Counted from the first letter of the stretch, positions 35,796 to 48,680 are shown. The stretch: DNA of 64,000 nt from Squalus acanthias (GCA_030390025.1 CM059449.1:33232001-33296000), one strand, 5' to 3'. Numbers and translations: made by a program. Notes: generated from the sequence alone by a model not told the origin.

Positions 35796-38732
35796 GGCTG
35801 CATGGTGACAATGCCTGGGAATTAAACATACCAGGTTATTTAACGATCAGGAAGGACAGGCAGGAAGGAAGGGGAGGTGGGGTGGCTATGTTAATAAAGG
35901 AAGGAATCACTGTAATACAGAGTAATGATATTGGGTCAAAAAATCATGATAATGAAACAGTTTGGGTGGAGATAAGGAATAATAAGGGGAAAAAACACTA
36001 GTGGGCGTAGTCTATAGGCCTCCGAACAGTTGCAACTCTGTTGGACGGAGTATCAATCAGGAAATAGTTGAGGCATGTAATAAGGGAACATCTATAATTA
36101 TGGGGGATTTTAACTATCATATTAATTGGACAAATCAAATGGGGCAGGGCTGCCTTGAGGATGAGTTCATTGAGTGTATTAGGGATGGGTTTCTTGAGCA
36201 GTATGTAACTGAACCGACCAGGGGGCAAGCAACCTTAGATCTGGTCCTGTGTAACGAGACAGGATTAATTAAAAATGTCCTAGTAAAGGATCCCCTTGGA
36301 ATGAGTGACCATAACATGGTTGAATTCCATATTCAATTAGAGGGTGAGAAGGTTGGATCTCAAACAAGCGTGCTAAGCTTGAATAAAGGAGACTATGAAG
36401 GTATGCGAGCGGAATTGAGTAGAGTGGATTGGGAAAATAGATTAAAGGGTAAGACGACACATGATCAGTGGTGTACATTCAAGGAGTTATTTTACAACTT
36501 CCAAAAAAAATATATTCCACTGAAAAGAAAAGGGTGTAAAAGAAAGGACAGTCATCCGTGGCTAAGTAAAGAAATTAAGGATAGTATTCGACTAAAAACA
36601 AGGGCATATAAGGTAGCGAAATCTAGTGGGAGGACAGAGGATTGGGAAAACTTTAAAAGGCAGCAAAAAATAACAAAAAGATTGATTAAGAAAGGGAAGA
36701 TAGATTATGAAAGTAAATTAGCAAAAAATATAAAAACAGATAGTAAGAGTTTTTATAGTTATATAAAAAGAAAAAGGGTGGCTAAAGTAAATGTTGGTCC
36801 CTTAGAGGATGAGACCGGGAAATTAATGGTGGGAAATATGGAGATGGCAAAAACACTGAATGAATATTTTGTATCAGTCTTTACAGTAGAGGACACTAAG
36901 AATATCCCAACACTGGACAAACAGGGGGCTATAGGGGGAGAGGAGCTAAACACGATCAAAATCACTAAGGAAGTGGTACTCGGTAAAATAATGGGACTCA
37001 AGGCGGATAAATCACCTGGACCTGATGGCTTACATCCTAGAGTCTTGAAGGAAGTGGCGGTAGGGATTGTAGATGCATTGGTAATAATTTTTCAAAACTC
37101 CCTGGATTCCGCTAAGGTCCCGGCAGACTGGAAAACTGCTAATGTAACACCCTTATTTAAAAAGGGCAGTAGACAGAAGGCTGGTAACTATAGACCGGTT
37201 AGCCTAACATCTGTGGTAGGTAAAATTTTGGAGGCCATTATTAAGGAAACAGTAACAGGACATTTGGATAATCATAATTTAATAGGACAAAGTCAGCATG
37301 GTTTTACGAAGGGGAAGTCATGTTTGACAAATTTGCTGGAGTTCTTTGAGGAAGTAACATATAGAGTGGATAAAGGGGAACCAGTGGACGTAGTGTATTT
37401 AGACTTCCAAAAGGCATTTGACAAGGTGCCACACAAAAGATTATTGCTTAAGGTAAAAAATCACGGGATTGGGGGTAATATTCTGGCATGGATAGAGGAT
37501 TGGCTATCTAACAGAAAGCAAAGAGTTGGGATAAATGGTTCATTCTCAGACTGGCAATCAGTAACTAGTGGTGTTCCGCAGGGGTCAGTGCTGGGTCCCC
37601 AACTCTTTACAATCTATATTAACGATTTGGAGGAAGGGACCAAGTGTAACATATCAAAATTTGCAGATGATACAAAGATGGGAGGGAAAGTAGTGAGTGA
37701 GGAGGACATAAAAAACCTGCAAGGGGACATAGACAGGCTAAGTAAGTGGGCAGAGATTTGGCAGATGGAATACAACACTGGAAAGTGTGAGGTGATGCAC
37801 TTTGGCAGGAAAAATCCTAGAGCAATTTATTATCTTAATGGCAAGAAACTGGAGAGTACTGAAGTGCAAAGGGATCTGGGGGTCCTGGTGCACGAAACTC
37901 AAAAGGTTAGTATGCAGGTGCAGCAAGTGATTAAGAAGGCAAATGGAATGTTGGCTTTCATTGCTAGGGGGATAGAATATAAAAATAGGGAGGTATTGCT
38001 TCAGTTGTACAAGGTATTGGTGAGACCGCACCTGGAATACTGCATACAGTTTTGGTGTCCTTACTTAAGGAAAGACATCCTTGCTCTCGAGGCAGTGCAA
38101 AAAAGGTTCACTCGGTTAATCCCGGGGATGAGGGGGTGGTCATATGAGGAGAGGTTGGGTAGATTGGGACTCTACTCATTGGAGTTCAGAAGAATGAGAG
38201 GCGATCTTATTGAAACATATAAGATTGTGAAGGGGTTGGATCGGGTGGATGCGGGGAGGATGTTCCCGATGACGGGTGAGACTAGAACTAGGGGACATAG
38301 TCTTAGAATAAGGGGCTGCTCTTTCAAAACTGAGATGAGGAGGAACTACTTCACTCAGAGGGTGGTAGGTCCATGGAATATGCTGCCACAAAAAGCTGTA
38401 GAAGCTACATCATTAAATAAATTTAAAACAGAAATAGACAGTTTCCTAGAAGTAAAGGGCATTAAGGGTTACGGGGAGCGGGCAGGAATTTGGACATGAG
38501 TCTAGGTTCGGATCGGTCATGGCCCTGTGGGTAGTGGAGCGGGCCCAGGGACCGTGTAGCCGGATTCTGCTCCTATTTCGTGTGTGCAATTCTGTTAGAT
38601 GCAGGAGATGGTTCTATGATAGATAGTAGATTGGCGGTTAGGATCAGATCAGCCATGATCTTATTGAATGGCGGAGCAGGCTCGAGGGGCCGATTGGCCT
38701 ACTCCTGCTCCTATTTCTTATGTTCTTATGTT
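35796..38732 (+). mobile_element. Young 5'-truncated CR1 LINE with near-intact ORF2 and 7-bp TSD
   Basis: CTAAAAT at 35789-35795 and 38733-38739; TTCTTATG-repeat tail. Confidence 0.95.
36001..38499 (+). CDS. CR1 ORF2 (partial APE endonuclease plus reverse transcriptase), 832 aa open; endonuclease sequence continues upstream to ~35796 across a 1-nt frameshift in an A-run near 35990
   Basis: YRPP, MGDFN, SDH endonuclease motifs; KSPGPDG, NYRPVSL, QHGF, DFQKAFDKV, GVPQGSVLGP and FADD RT motifs. Confidence 0.95.
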   Translation: MGVVYRPPNSCNSVGRSINQEIVEACNKGTSIIMGDFNYHINWTNQMGQGCLEDEFIECIRDGFLEQYVTEPTRGQATLDLVLCNETGLIKNVLVKDPLGMSDHNMVEFHIQLEGEKVGSQTSVLSLNKGDYEGMRAELSRVDWENRLKGKTTHDQWCTFKELFYNFQKKYIPLKRKGCKRKDSHPWLSKEIKDSIRLKTRAYKVAKSSGRTEDWENFKRQQKITKRLIKKGKIDYESKLAKNIKTDSKSFYSYIKRKRVAKVNVGPLEDETGKLMVGNMEMAKTLNEYFVSVFTVEDTKNIPTLDKQGAIGGEELNTIKITKEVVLGKIMGLKADKSPGPDGLHPRVLKEVAVGIVDALVIIFQNSLDSAKVPADWKTANVTPLFKKGSRQKAGNYRPVSLTSVVGKILEAIIKETVTGHLDNHNLIGQSQHGFTKGKSCLTNLLEFFEEVTYRVDKGEPVDVVYLDFQKAFDKVPHKRLLLKVKNHGIGGNILAWIEDWLSNRKQRVGINGSFSDWQSVTSGVPQGSVLGPQLFTIYINDLEEGTKCNISKFADDTKMGGKVVSEEDIKNLQGDIDRLSKWAEIWQMEYNTGKCEVMHFGRKNPRAIYYLNGKKLESTEVQRDLGVLVHETQKVSMQVQQVIKKANGMLAFIARGIEYKNREVLLQLYKVLVRPHLEYCIQFWCPYLRKDILALEAVQKRFTRLIPGMRGWSYEERLGRLGLYSLEFRRMRGDLIETYKIVKGLDRVDAGRMFPMTGETRTRGHSLRIRGCSFKTEMRRNYFTQRVVGPWNMLPQKAVEATSLNKFKTEIDSFLEVKGIKGYGERAGIWT

Positions 38733-38805
38733 CTAAAATCCTTTCTCTCTGTTGTCTTTATCCCATCCTTTATTATCAGGGCTATCCCTATTCCTTTACA
38801 ATTTT

Positions 38806-40163
38806 AGCCTAACATCTGTCATTGGGAAAATGCTGGAGGACATTATTAAGTATGTAGCAGCAGGACATTTAGAAAATCATAATGCAATCAAGCAGAGTCA
38901 GCATCGTTTTGTGAAAGGGAAATCATTTTTGACAAATTTGCTGGAGTTCTTTGAGGATTTAAGGAGCAGGCTGCATAAAGGGGAACCAGTAGATGTAATG
39001 TATTTGGATTTCTGGAAGGCATTCGATAAAGTGCCACACAAAAGGATACTGCACAAGATAAGAGCTCACGGGGTTGGGGGTAATATATTAGCATGAATAG
39101 AGGATTGGCTAACTAACAGAAAGCAGAGATTCGGGATAAATAGGTCATTTTCAGTTTGGCAAACTGTAACTAGTGTGGTGCCACAGGGATCAGTGCAATA
39201 ATTGGATGAAGGGACCGAGTGTAATGTAGCCAAATTTGCTGAGGATACAAAGATAGTTGGGAAAGCAAGTTGTGAGGAGTACACAAAGAATCTGCAAAGC
39301 GATATAGATACGTTAAGTGAGTGGGCAAACATTTGGCAGATGGAGCATATTGTGAGGTTATCCACTTTGTTAGCAAGAATAAAAAAGCAAATTATTATCA
39401 TAATGGAGAGAGACTACAAAATCCTGCAGTACAGAGGTATCTGGGGGTCCTTGTACATGAAGCACAAAAAGTTAGCATGCAGGTACAGCAAGTAATTAGG
39501 AAGGCAAATGGAATGTTGGCATTTATTGCAGGGGGGATGGAGTATAAAGGTAGGGAAGTCTTTCTACAACTGTACAGGGCCTTGGTCAGACCACACCTAG
39601 AGTACTGCGTATAGTTTCGGTCTCCTTATTTAAGGAGGGATATACTTGCATTGGAGGCAGTTCAGAGTTGGTTCACGAGGTTGATTCCAGAGATGAGGGG
39701 CTTGTCTTATGAAGAAATGTTGAGCAGTTTGAGCCTATTCCTATTGGAGTTTAGAAGAATTAGAGGTGATCTTATTGAAACATATAAGATTCTAAGGGGG
39801 CTTGACAGGGTAGATGCAGAGAGGATGTTTCCCCTTGTGGGGAATCTAGAACTAGTGGGCATAGTTTCAGAATAAGGGGTCGCCCATTCAAAATGGAGAT
39901 GGGGAGGAATTTCTTCTCTCAGAGGGTCGTGAATCTTTGGAATTCTCTACCCCAGAGAGCTGTGGAAACTGGGTCTTTGAATATATTTAAGGTGGAGATA
40001 GACAGATTTTTGAAATATAGGGGAGTCAAGGGTTATGGGGAGCGTGCAGGAAAGTAGAGTTGAGGCCAAGATCAGATCAGCAATGATCTTATTGAATGGC
40101 GCAGCAGGCTCGAGGGGCCAAATGTCCTACTCCTGCTCTTATTTCTTATGTTCTTATGTTCTT
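38806..40163 (+). mobile_element. Degenerate 5'-truncated CR1 (RT to 3' tail), nested in the older CR1
   Basis: Frameshifted RT fragments (38752-39875), CR1 3' UTR and TTCTTATG tail; ATTTT on both flanks. Confidence 0.9.
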
Positions 40164-40702
40164 ATATTTTGCCTATCTCTTCTAAAAGTTAAGTATCCTG
40201 GATTATTTAGTTCCCAACATTGGCCACTTTGCCACCACGTCACCGTTATGGCTATTAGATCAGATAGAGTGCCTTTAGCTTTAACTTATTTCTATTTTTT
40301 CCTGGTCACCTCCGTCACTGATGCCTTATTACCTTTGTTACTGTCTCTGTCCCTTCCTGATCCACTCTGCTTATTTTGAGCCAAAATTCTACGCGGCTCT
40401 GGACCCTTGACATTTCTCTCACTGCTTTTAAATTACTCTTTCCTGAATCCTCCCACACTCGCTTCATTAGTTCAAAACCCTATCTACTGCCCTTGTTATT
40501 CAGTTCGCTAGGACACTGCTCCCAGACCAGTTTAAGTGGAGCCGGTCCAAACAGAACAGCTCCCTCTTTCCCCAGTAATGTTGCCATTGCCCCATGAACT
40601 GAAACCCCTTCCTCCCACAACACTCTTTGAGCCACGCATTTAAAACTCTAATCTATTTGTCCCTATCCCAATTTGCGCGTGGCTCAGGTAACAATCCAGA
40701 TA

Positions 40703-41461
40703 TTATTGCCTTGAGGTTCTGCTTTTTAATTTGGATCCTAGCTCCTCAAACTCCCTCAGCTGAATATAATTCCTAGTTCTACCTGTGTCCTTGGTTCCTA
40801 CGTGGACCACGACAACTGGATTCTTCCCCTCCCACTCCAAATTCTTCTCCAGCCACGAGGAGATGTCTTTAACCCTGGCACCAGGCAGGCAACAAAACCT
40901 TCGGAACTCTCGGTCACGGCTGCAGAGAACAGTATATATCCCCCTGACTATACTGTCCTCTAACATAACTGCATTCTGTTTCACAACCCCCAGTTGAATG
41001 GCCTCCTGCACCATGGTGGCATGGTCAGCTTGCTCATCCATCCTGCATGATTTTCCCTCATCCACACAGGCAAAAAGAACCTCATACCTGTTGGACAAGG
41101 GCAAACGCTGAGGCTCCTTCAGCACTGCAACTATTGTCCCCTTACCTGCCTTAGTTGCAGTCACACCCTCCTGTCCCTGACCACTAACCGGACCTGTACC
41201 ACTACCTAACCTAAGGGGTGTGACTGCCTCCGTGATCAAACAGTCCAGGTAATTCTCCCCATCCCTGTTGCCCCGCAATGTCTGCACCACAGACTCCAGC
41301 TCAAAAAATCTAAGCTGAAGTTCCTCAAGATGCAGGCACTTACTGCAAACATGGTTGTCCGGGATCGCAATGCTCTCCACAAACTCCCACATGCTGCAGT
41401 TGCGGCACACCACCTGCACTGCCATCCCTACATGAACGTGTTGTGTTAAATTTAATGTCAT
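40703..41461 (-). pseudogene. CR1 ORF1 (zinc finger, coiled coil, SGNH esterase), truncated
   Basis: CRNC...CSKC, LSNRYEVL, EDSIVRG (degenerate GDS), CCLPGARV, VVVHVGT. Confidence 0.85.
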
Positions 41462-41689
41462 TAAGTTTTTATTTAGATAACTTAATTTACAGTTTAGTTT
41501 CTTAAATAATTACTTGATCTAGATTTAGGTAAGGTTACTGAAGTAAAATATCTACTTGTAACACAAAGCACTACAAGTAGTGTAGCCAAAAGCAACATCT
41601 CCTTCCCTCCCTTCTCCGAATTCCCACTCTGTCCAAATTCCCAAATAAACGACTCTGTACAAGTCCACCCCGTTTAATCCCGCACTGTA

Positions 41690-41845
41690 TAATGTTCAAA
41701 AGCCTCTGAGTGACGGAATTTCTCCTCATCTCAGCCCTAAATGGCCGAGCCCTTCTCCTGAGAGTGTGCTCCCTAGTTCTAGACTCTCCAGCAAGGGGAA
41801 ACAATCTCTCAGCATCTATCCTGTCAAGCCCTCTCAGAATCACTC
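41690..41845 (-). mobile_element. Short CR1 3' ORF2 fragment
   Basis: ILRGLDRIDAERLFPLAGESRTR in ORF 41571-41873. Confidence 0.8.
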
Positions 41846-42399
41846 TTCCTCTGCTACCCAGTGTTAGTACCAAGCACAGGCGAGTCAGGTATTTGCCGTT
41901 GGACGCAGAGTAAAGCTCCCTCTACCACCTCATTAAAGTTCCTCAGTTCCAACCTCGGAGGAGCGCACCCTCCTACATCATTGTGCAATGTTCTAATCCC
42001 TTTGGTTCAAACTACATCCATTTGTTCCAATAAGTCAATGTTCAAGTTACAGTAAACATTAGTTAGAGTACTTTTATTCTCAATGTTATAATAAACAAAA
42101 TACTTACTTCCATGCTTATCTGTAATGCATCACATATGCTATTTACCAAAAACAAATACTGTATTAAGTCTGGGAATGAACAGCACACATTGGAATCTAG
42201 TGACTGACTGTGGCTTTAATTGTATTCAACTGTAAAAGGCGTACAACATCGTACACGGTGCAGTCATTGTGTATAAAGTAATTCAAAACGATACACGGTG
42301 CACTTTCAGTCATTATAAAATCAGGATAAAATTCATTAGGTGTAAATCAACACAAAGCCATAGAGAGGATGCTTCCATTTGGTGCAATATCAGATCAAA

Positions 42400-42840
42400 A
42401 GATTCCAGAGAGAGAGCGGGAGAGAGAGGAAAATAAATAAACGAGTGAAGAATTCTAGAATCACAAAAGAGAAAGAGGAAAATGAGACAGATTTATGTAA
42501 AAGAGAGGCGAGGTGGTGAATATAAGGAGAGGAGAGACAAGCGGGGGTGAGAGTAGCGGAGAACAAAGGCGGGGAGAAGAATGTAGAAGAGAGGGCTGGA
42601 GAACAGAAGAGACGAGAGAGGAAAGTAGACGAGAGCAGAGGAGAGCAGAAGAGTAGAGAGCTTAAAGTAGAGAAGAGGACAGGAGCAATGGTAGGAGAGG
42701 AGAGGAGAGGAAAGGAGAGAGGAAAGGAGGAGAGGAGAGGACAGGACATGGAGTAAAAGAACACCGCATGGAGTGAAAGTAGAGAGAGGGCTGGTGTAAA
42801 TGAGAGGAATAGAAAGAGATAAAGTGAACAGAAGTGAATG
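42400..42840 (+). repeat. AG-rich low-complexity tract
   Basis: Purine-rich GAGA/GGAGA composition. Confidence 0.8.
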
Positions 42841-43494
42841 AGATGTAAATTGCGTGTCTCAGATATTCCAGTGAATGCGGTGCTAGATTCGGCGGGTCCT
42901 GCTCCAGGGGCTAGAGGATCACCTGGGCCCAGCCAACCCAAATCTCCCACTAATTCCAGATTCTCACCTGCTCCAAATTTGTTGAAAACCGCCGATTTAC
43001 TGCCAACTCCACATCTGTTATAACCTCCAGATCCACCACCAGATCTTTTCTCATTGTACGTCATTGGCTTTCAATTTAACCTGGCATCTGGAACTTAACA
43101 GGGACGAGAGGTTGGTGATGAATCAGCAGCATTATACGAATCGACAGATTGTTAAATAATCAATTTGTCTGATGTAACAATTGTTAATTAGCTGTTACAA
43201 TATCATGATTGGAACCTATGCAGTCACTTGTTTTTGTTGGTGGTGACCTATTCTGCCTTGTCTTCTGACTGCTTATAGTGAGCGCCCCCTCGGGGATGTC
43301 GTTAGTGTTACAATGGCAAGCCCAATCCACACCTCCTTGTATCTGCTGTGCGGTGCAGGTCTCTAAATGTAGTGAGAAGATGTGGACCGGGCCTCTGGTG
43401 CTCTACTCTAAACCTAGAAATTCATCTCGGGCGATGGCGCAAAATGGGTGGTGTCTGATCGGCCGCACGTTATATGCAGCACCTAATATTACAG

Positions 43495-46330
43495 TCATAG
43501 AATCATAGAATGGTTACAGCATGGAAGAAGGCAATTCAGTCGTCGAGTCCGTGCCGACTCTCAGCTAATCCCACTCCCCTTCCCTTTCCCTGTAGAACTA
43601 CATGTTTTTCCTTCAGATATTTATTCAACTCACTTTTGAAAGATAAGATTTTAACTACTGGATGCGTAAAATAGCTCTTTCTTCCATGGTCTGTCGTTCT
43701 TTTGCCAATCAACTTAGATCTGTGTCCTCTGATTCTCGACGGTTCTGCCAATGGGAACAGTTTCTCTCTATCAACCCTGTCCAGACCCCTCATGATTTTG
43801 AACACCTCTATCAAATATCCTCTTAATGTTCTCTGCTCCAAGGAGAGCAACCGCAGCTTCTCCAGTCTATCAACATAACTGAAGTCCCTCATTCCTGGAA
43901 TCATTCTCGTAATTTTTTTCTGCACCCTCTCTAAGGTCTTCACATCCTTCCTAAAGTGTGGTGCCCAGAATTGGACACAGTACTCCAGTTGGGGCCGAAC
44001 CAGTGTTTGTACAGTTTCATCATAATTTCCACACTTTTGTACTCTATATCTCTATTTATGAAGCCCAGGATCCCCTAAGTCTTTGTAATTGCTTTCTCAA
44101 CCTGCCCTGCCACCTTCAACGATTTATGCACACATACCCGCAGGTCTCTCTGTTCGTAAACCCCCCTTAGGGTTGTACCATTTAGTTCATATGTCCTCTC
44201 CTCATTCTTTCTACCAAAATGCATCACTTCTCACTTTTCAGCGTTAAATTTCATCTGCCACATATCCATCTACTCCACCAGCCTGTCTATGTCTTCCTGA
44301 AGTCTATTACTCTCCTCCTCGCTCTTCACCATACTTCCAAGTGTTGTAAAAATGCAAATTTTGAAATTCTGCCCTGCACACCCACGTCCAAGTCATTAAT
44401 ATATATCAAGAAAAGCAGTGGTCCTAGAACAGACTCCTGGGGAACACCACTGTATACCTTCCTTCAGTCCGATAAACAACCGTTCACCACTACTCTCTGT
44501 TTCCAGTCACTTAGCCAATTTTGTATACAAACTGCCACTATTCCTTTTATTCCATGGGCTTCAATTTTGCTGGCAAGCCTATTACTGGCATTTTGTCGAA
44601 CGCTTTTTGGAAATCCATGTACACTAGGTCAACCACATTACCCTCATCAACCCTCTCTGTTACCTCAGCAAAAAACTCGATGAGCTTTGTTAAATACGAT
44701 TTGCCTTTAACAAATCCGTGCTGGCTTTCCTTAATTAATCCACCCCTATCCAAATGACTTGATTTTGTCCCTGATTACTGTTTCTGAAAGCTTCCCCACT
44801 AACGACTTTAAACTGACTGGCCAGTTGTTGGGTTTATCTTTACACCCTTTTTTGAACAATGGTGTAAATTTTGTAATTCTCCAGTCCTCTGGCACCACTC
44901 TCGAATCTATGGAGGATTGGAATATTATGACCAGTACCTCTGCGATTTCTACCCTCAACACCCAGAGTATCCTAGGATGCATCCCATCTGCTCCTGGTGA
45001 TTAATCTACTTTAAGTACTGCCAGCATTTCTAATACCTCTTCTTTATCAATGTTTATCCTATCATGTGTCTCCAGTACCTCCTCCTTCACAATGTCTATG
45101 GCAGCATCCTCTTTCTTGATGAAGACAGCTGCAAAGTACTCAATTCGTACCTAAGCTATACCCTCTGCCTCTATATGTAGGTGTCCCTTTTGATCCCTGA
45201 TCGGCCCCTCCCCTCCTCTTACTACCCTTTTACTATTTATATGGCTACAAAAGACAGTTGGATTACCTTTTTATGTTGGCTGCAATTCTATTCTCATATC
45301 TTTCCCACTATTTGGTGATCTATAGAATACACCGAGTAGTGTAATGGCACCTCTAATATTTCTTAACTTTAGCCATATAGATTCTGTCCGTGACCCCTCC
45401 AGGATATCCTCCCTCTTCAGCACTGTAACATTCTCCTTGACCAATACTGCCACACCACCTCCTATAATTCCTTCCCTATCTTTCCTGAACACCTTATAAG
45501 CAGGAATATTTAATACCCAATATGGCCCTTTTTGAGCCAGGTCTCAGTTATTGCCACAACATCATATTCCCATGTGGCTATTTGTTCCTGCAGCTCACTT
45601 ACCTTGTTGATTACGATTCGTGCGTTCACATACATACACTGTAAACTCATTAAAGACCATCCTGTATTCTCTCTTAGTTGGACCCCACCTAATACCTTAT
45701 TATTTCTTTCTTCAGTGCTCTCTGCCTCGCCCAATTCTTTGAGCACTTTATTTCCCCTTACTAATGTTACATCCTGGTGCCATCCCCTTGCCAAATTAGG
45801 GTAAACCCTCCCCAACGGAACTAGCAAATCTCCCCGCAAGGATGTTGGTTCCGGCCCTGTTGAGGTGCAACACGTCTGGCCTGTACAGGTCCCACCTCCC
45901 ATAAAACCGTTCCCAAAGCCCCAGGAATCTGAAGCCCTCCCTCCTGCACCATCTGTTCAGCCACACATTCATCTGCTCTATCCTTCTATTTCTATACTCA
46001 CTCGCACGTGGCACCATGAATATTCAGGAGATTACCTTTGAGGTCCTTCTTATTAATCTCTTTCCTAGTTCCCTAAAATTTGACTGCAGGACATCATCCC
46101 TCATTCTGCTCATGTATTTGGTACCAATATGGACCACGACCTCTGGCTGTTCACCCTGCCCCCTCAGAATGTTCTGCAGCCGCTCAGTGGCATCCTTAAC
46201 CCTGGCACAATGTAGGCAACACATCATCCTAGAGTCACGTCTGCGGCCGCAGAAACGCCTCTCTGCTCCACTAACTATCGAATCCCCTGCCACTATTGCT
46301 CTCCCACTCTTTTTCCACACCCCCTGTATC
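43495..46330 (-). mobile_element. Degenerate CR1 LINE spanning 3' tail to ORF1 esterase
   Basis: ORFs 43536-43943, 44547-44982, 45271-45902 (RT and endonuclease), 46024-46407 (AGDSIVSG...VVVHIGT) and 45796-46017 (DVLHLN). Confidence 0.92.
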
Positions 46331-46524
46331 CATAGAGACCCCAGTATCTGCCACATTGTCTTTGATGTAATGTTTTCCAGACTGACCTGTTTGGACAACA
46401 TCCACACCTTTGATTGCCGTGATTATCTCTCTGCCGAGGTGTGATAAATGGCAGTTGGAAAGAGTAACTGTAATCATCTGGCAGTGTTATCTGACTATGT
46501 ATGCTGTGACTATATTCATCTCTT

Positions 46525-46606
46525 CACTTCACCTGATGAAGGAGCAGCGCTCCGAAAGCTTGTGATTTCAAATAAACCTGTTGGACTATAACCTGTTGTT
46601 GTGTGG
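46525..46606 (+). ncRNA. Second minimal hammerhead ribozyme / solo PLE terminal fragment
   Basis: TCAC-CTGATGA-A-GGAGC-agc-GCTCC-GAAA-GCTT-GTGA, followed by a TGTTGGACTATAACCTG tail shared with the 32200 copy. Confidence 0.8.
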
Positions 46607-47179
46607 TTAGTTTTCCACATTGTCGGATAGATGCCAGTGTCGTAGCTGTACTGGAACAGCTTGGCTAGAGGCTCGGCTAGTTCTGGAGCACAAGTCTTCA
46701 GCACGATAGCCGGGTTGTTGTTGGGGCCCATAGCCTTTGCTGTATCCAGTGCGCTCAGTCATTCCTTGATATCACGTGGAGTGAATCGAATTGAATGTCG
46801 ACTAGCATCTGTGATGGTGGGGACAGCAGGAGTCGGCCGATATGACTCATCCACATGACTCTTCTGGCTGAAGATGGTTGTAAACGCTTCAGCCTTGTCT
46901 TTTGCACTCACGTCCTGGGCTCCACCATCATTGAGGATGCGGACATTCATGGAGCCTCCTCCCCCGTTAATTGTTTAATGCTCCACCACCATTCACGACA
47001 GGATGTGGCAGGACTGCAGAGCTTTGATCTGATCCTTTGATTGTGGCGTCGCTTAACCCTGTCTATAGCATGCTGCTTCCAATTTTTTGCATACTTGTAG
47101 TCTTGTGTTGCAGTTTCCCGAGGTTGGCACCTCATTTTTAGGTACGCCTGCTGCTGCTCCCGGCATGCTCTTTTACATT

Positions 47180-48680
47180 CATAGAATCATAAAAATAGAC
47201 AGCACGAAGGAAGCAATTTCGGCCCATCGTGTCCGTGCCGTCCAACAAAGAGCTATCCAGCCTAATCCCACTTCGCAACTCTTGATCCGTAGCCTGCAGG
47301 TTACAGCAATCCAAGTGCAAATCGAAGTATTTTTTAAATGTGGTTAGGATTTCTGCCTCTACCACACTTTCAGCCAGTGAGTTCGAGAACCCCACAATCC
47401 TCTGGGTGAAGACATTTCCCCTAAAATCCCCTCTAAACCTTCCACCAATTACTTTAAATCTGTGCCCCTTGGTATTTGATCCCTCTGCTAAGGGAATTAG
47501 GTCCTTTCTATCCACTTTATCTAGACCCCACATAAATTTATACACATCAATAAGGTCTCGCCTCAGCCTCCTCTGTTCCAAGGGAAACAAACCCAGCCTA
47601 TCCAGTCTTTCCTCATAGCTAAGATTCTCCCAACAACATCGTTGTAAATCTCCTCTGTACCTTCTTTAGTGCAATCACATCTTTCTTGTAATGTGGTGAC
47701 CAGAACTGTACGCAGTACTCTAGCTGAGGCCTAACTAGTGTTTTATACAGTTGAAGCATAACCCCCCTGCTCTTGTATTATATGCCACGTCTAAAAATGG
47801 CAAAAATTCCGTATGCCTTGTTAACCACCTTATCTACCTGGCCTGCTACCTTCAGGGATCTGTGGAAATGCACTCCAAAGTCCCTTTGTTCCTCTACACT
47901 ACTCAGTCTGCTACCATTTAATGTGTATTGCCTTTCCTTGTTTGCCCTCCCCAAATGCATTACCTCACACTTCTCCAGATTGAATTCCATTTGTCACTGT
48001 TCTGCCCACCTGACCAATTTATTGATATCTTCCTGCAGTCTACAGCTTCCTTCTTCAGTATCAACCACACAGCCGATTTTAGTATCATCTGCAAACTTCT
48101 TAATCATACCCCCTATATTCAAGTCTAGATCATTGATATATACCACAAAAAGCAAGCGAGCTCGAACTGAGCCCTGCGGAACCCCACTGGAAACAGACAT
48201 CCAGTCACAATAACAGCCATCAACCATTACCCTCTGCTTCCTGCCTCCGAGCCAGTTTTGAATCCAACTTGAAACTTTTCCCTAGATCCCACGGGCTTTT
48301 AACTTCTTGCCCAGTCTGCCATGTGTAACTTTATAAAAAGCCTTGCTAAAGTCCATATACAATACATCAAACGTACGAGCCTGATCGACCCAACTTGTTA
48401 CCTCCTCAAAAAATTCAGTCAAGTTTTTCAGACACGACATTCTCTTAACAAATCCGTGCTGACTATCCTTGATTAATCCGTGTCTTTCTAAATTAAAATG
48501 TATCCTATTGTTCAGAATTGTTTCCAATAACTTTCCCACCACCTGACTGGCCTATAATTACTCGTTTTATCCTTTTCGCCCTTTTTAAACAAGGGTACCA
48601 CATTAGCAGTCCACCAGTCCACCGGCACCACACCTGAAGCCAGAGATAATTGGAAAATGATGGTCAGGGCCTCTGCTATA
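47180..48680 (-). mobile_element. 5'-truncated CR1 LINE
   Basis: ORFs 47138-47590, 47778-48227 (GVPQGSV...KFADDTK) and 48282-48542; AGAATCAT-type tail. Confidence 0.92.

Larger units (their letters stand above)
34835..41680 (-). mobile_element. Older CR1 LINE 5' half (ORF1, endonuclease), interrupted by two nested plus-strand CR1 insertions
   Basis: Endonuclease fragment 35324-35554 (LDLVLC...SDHNMIEF); host sequence resumes at 38740-38805 and from 40165; ORF1 at 40703-41461. Confidence 0.85.

Noticed and set aside
42390-43064. 224-aa minus-strand ORF
   Set aside because: Mostly the antisense of an AG-rich low-complexity tract; no recognisable domain.
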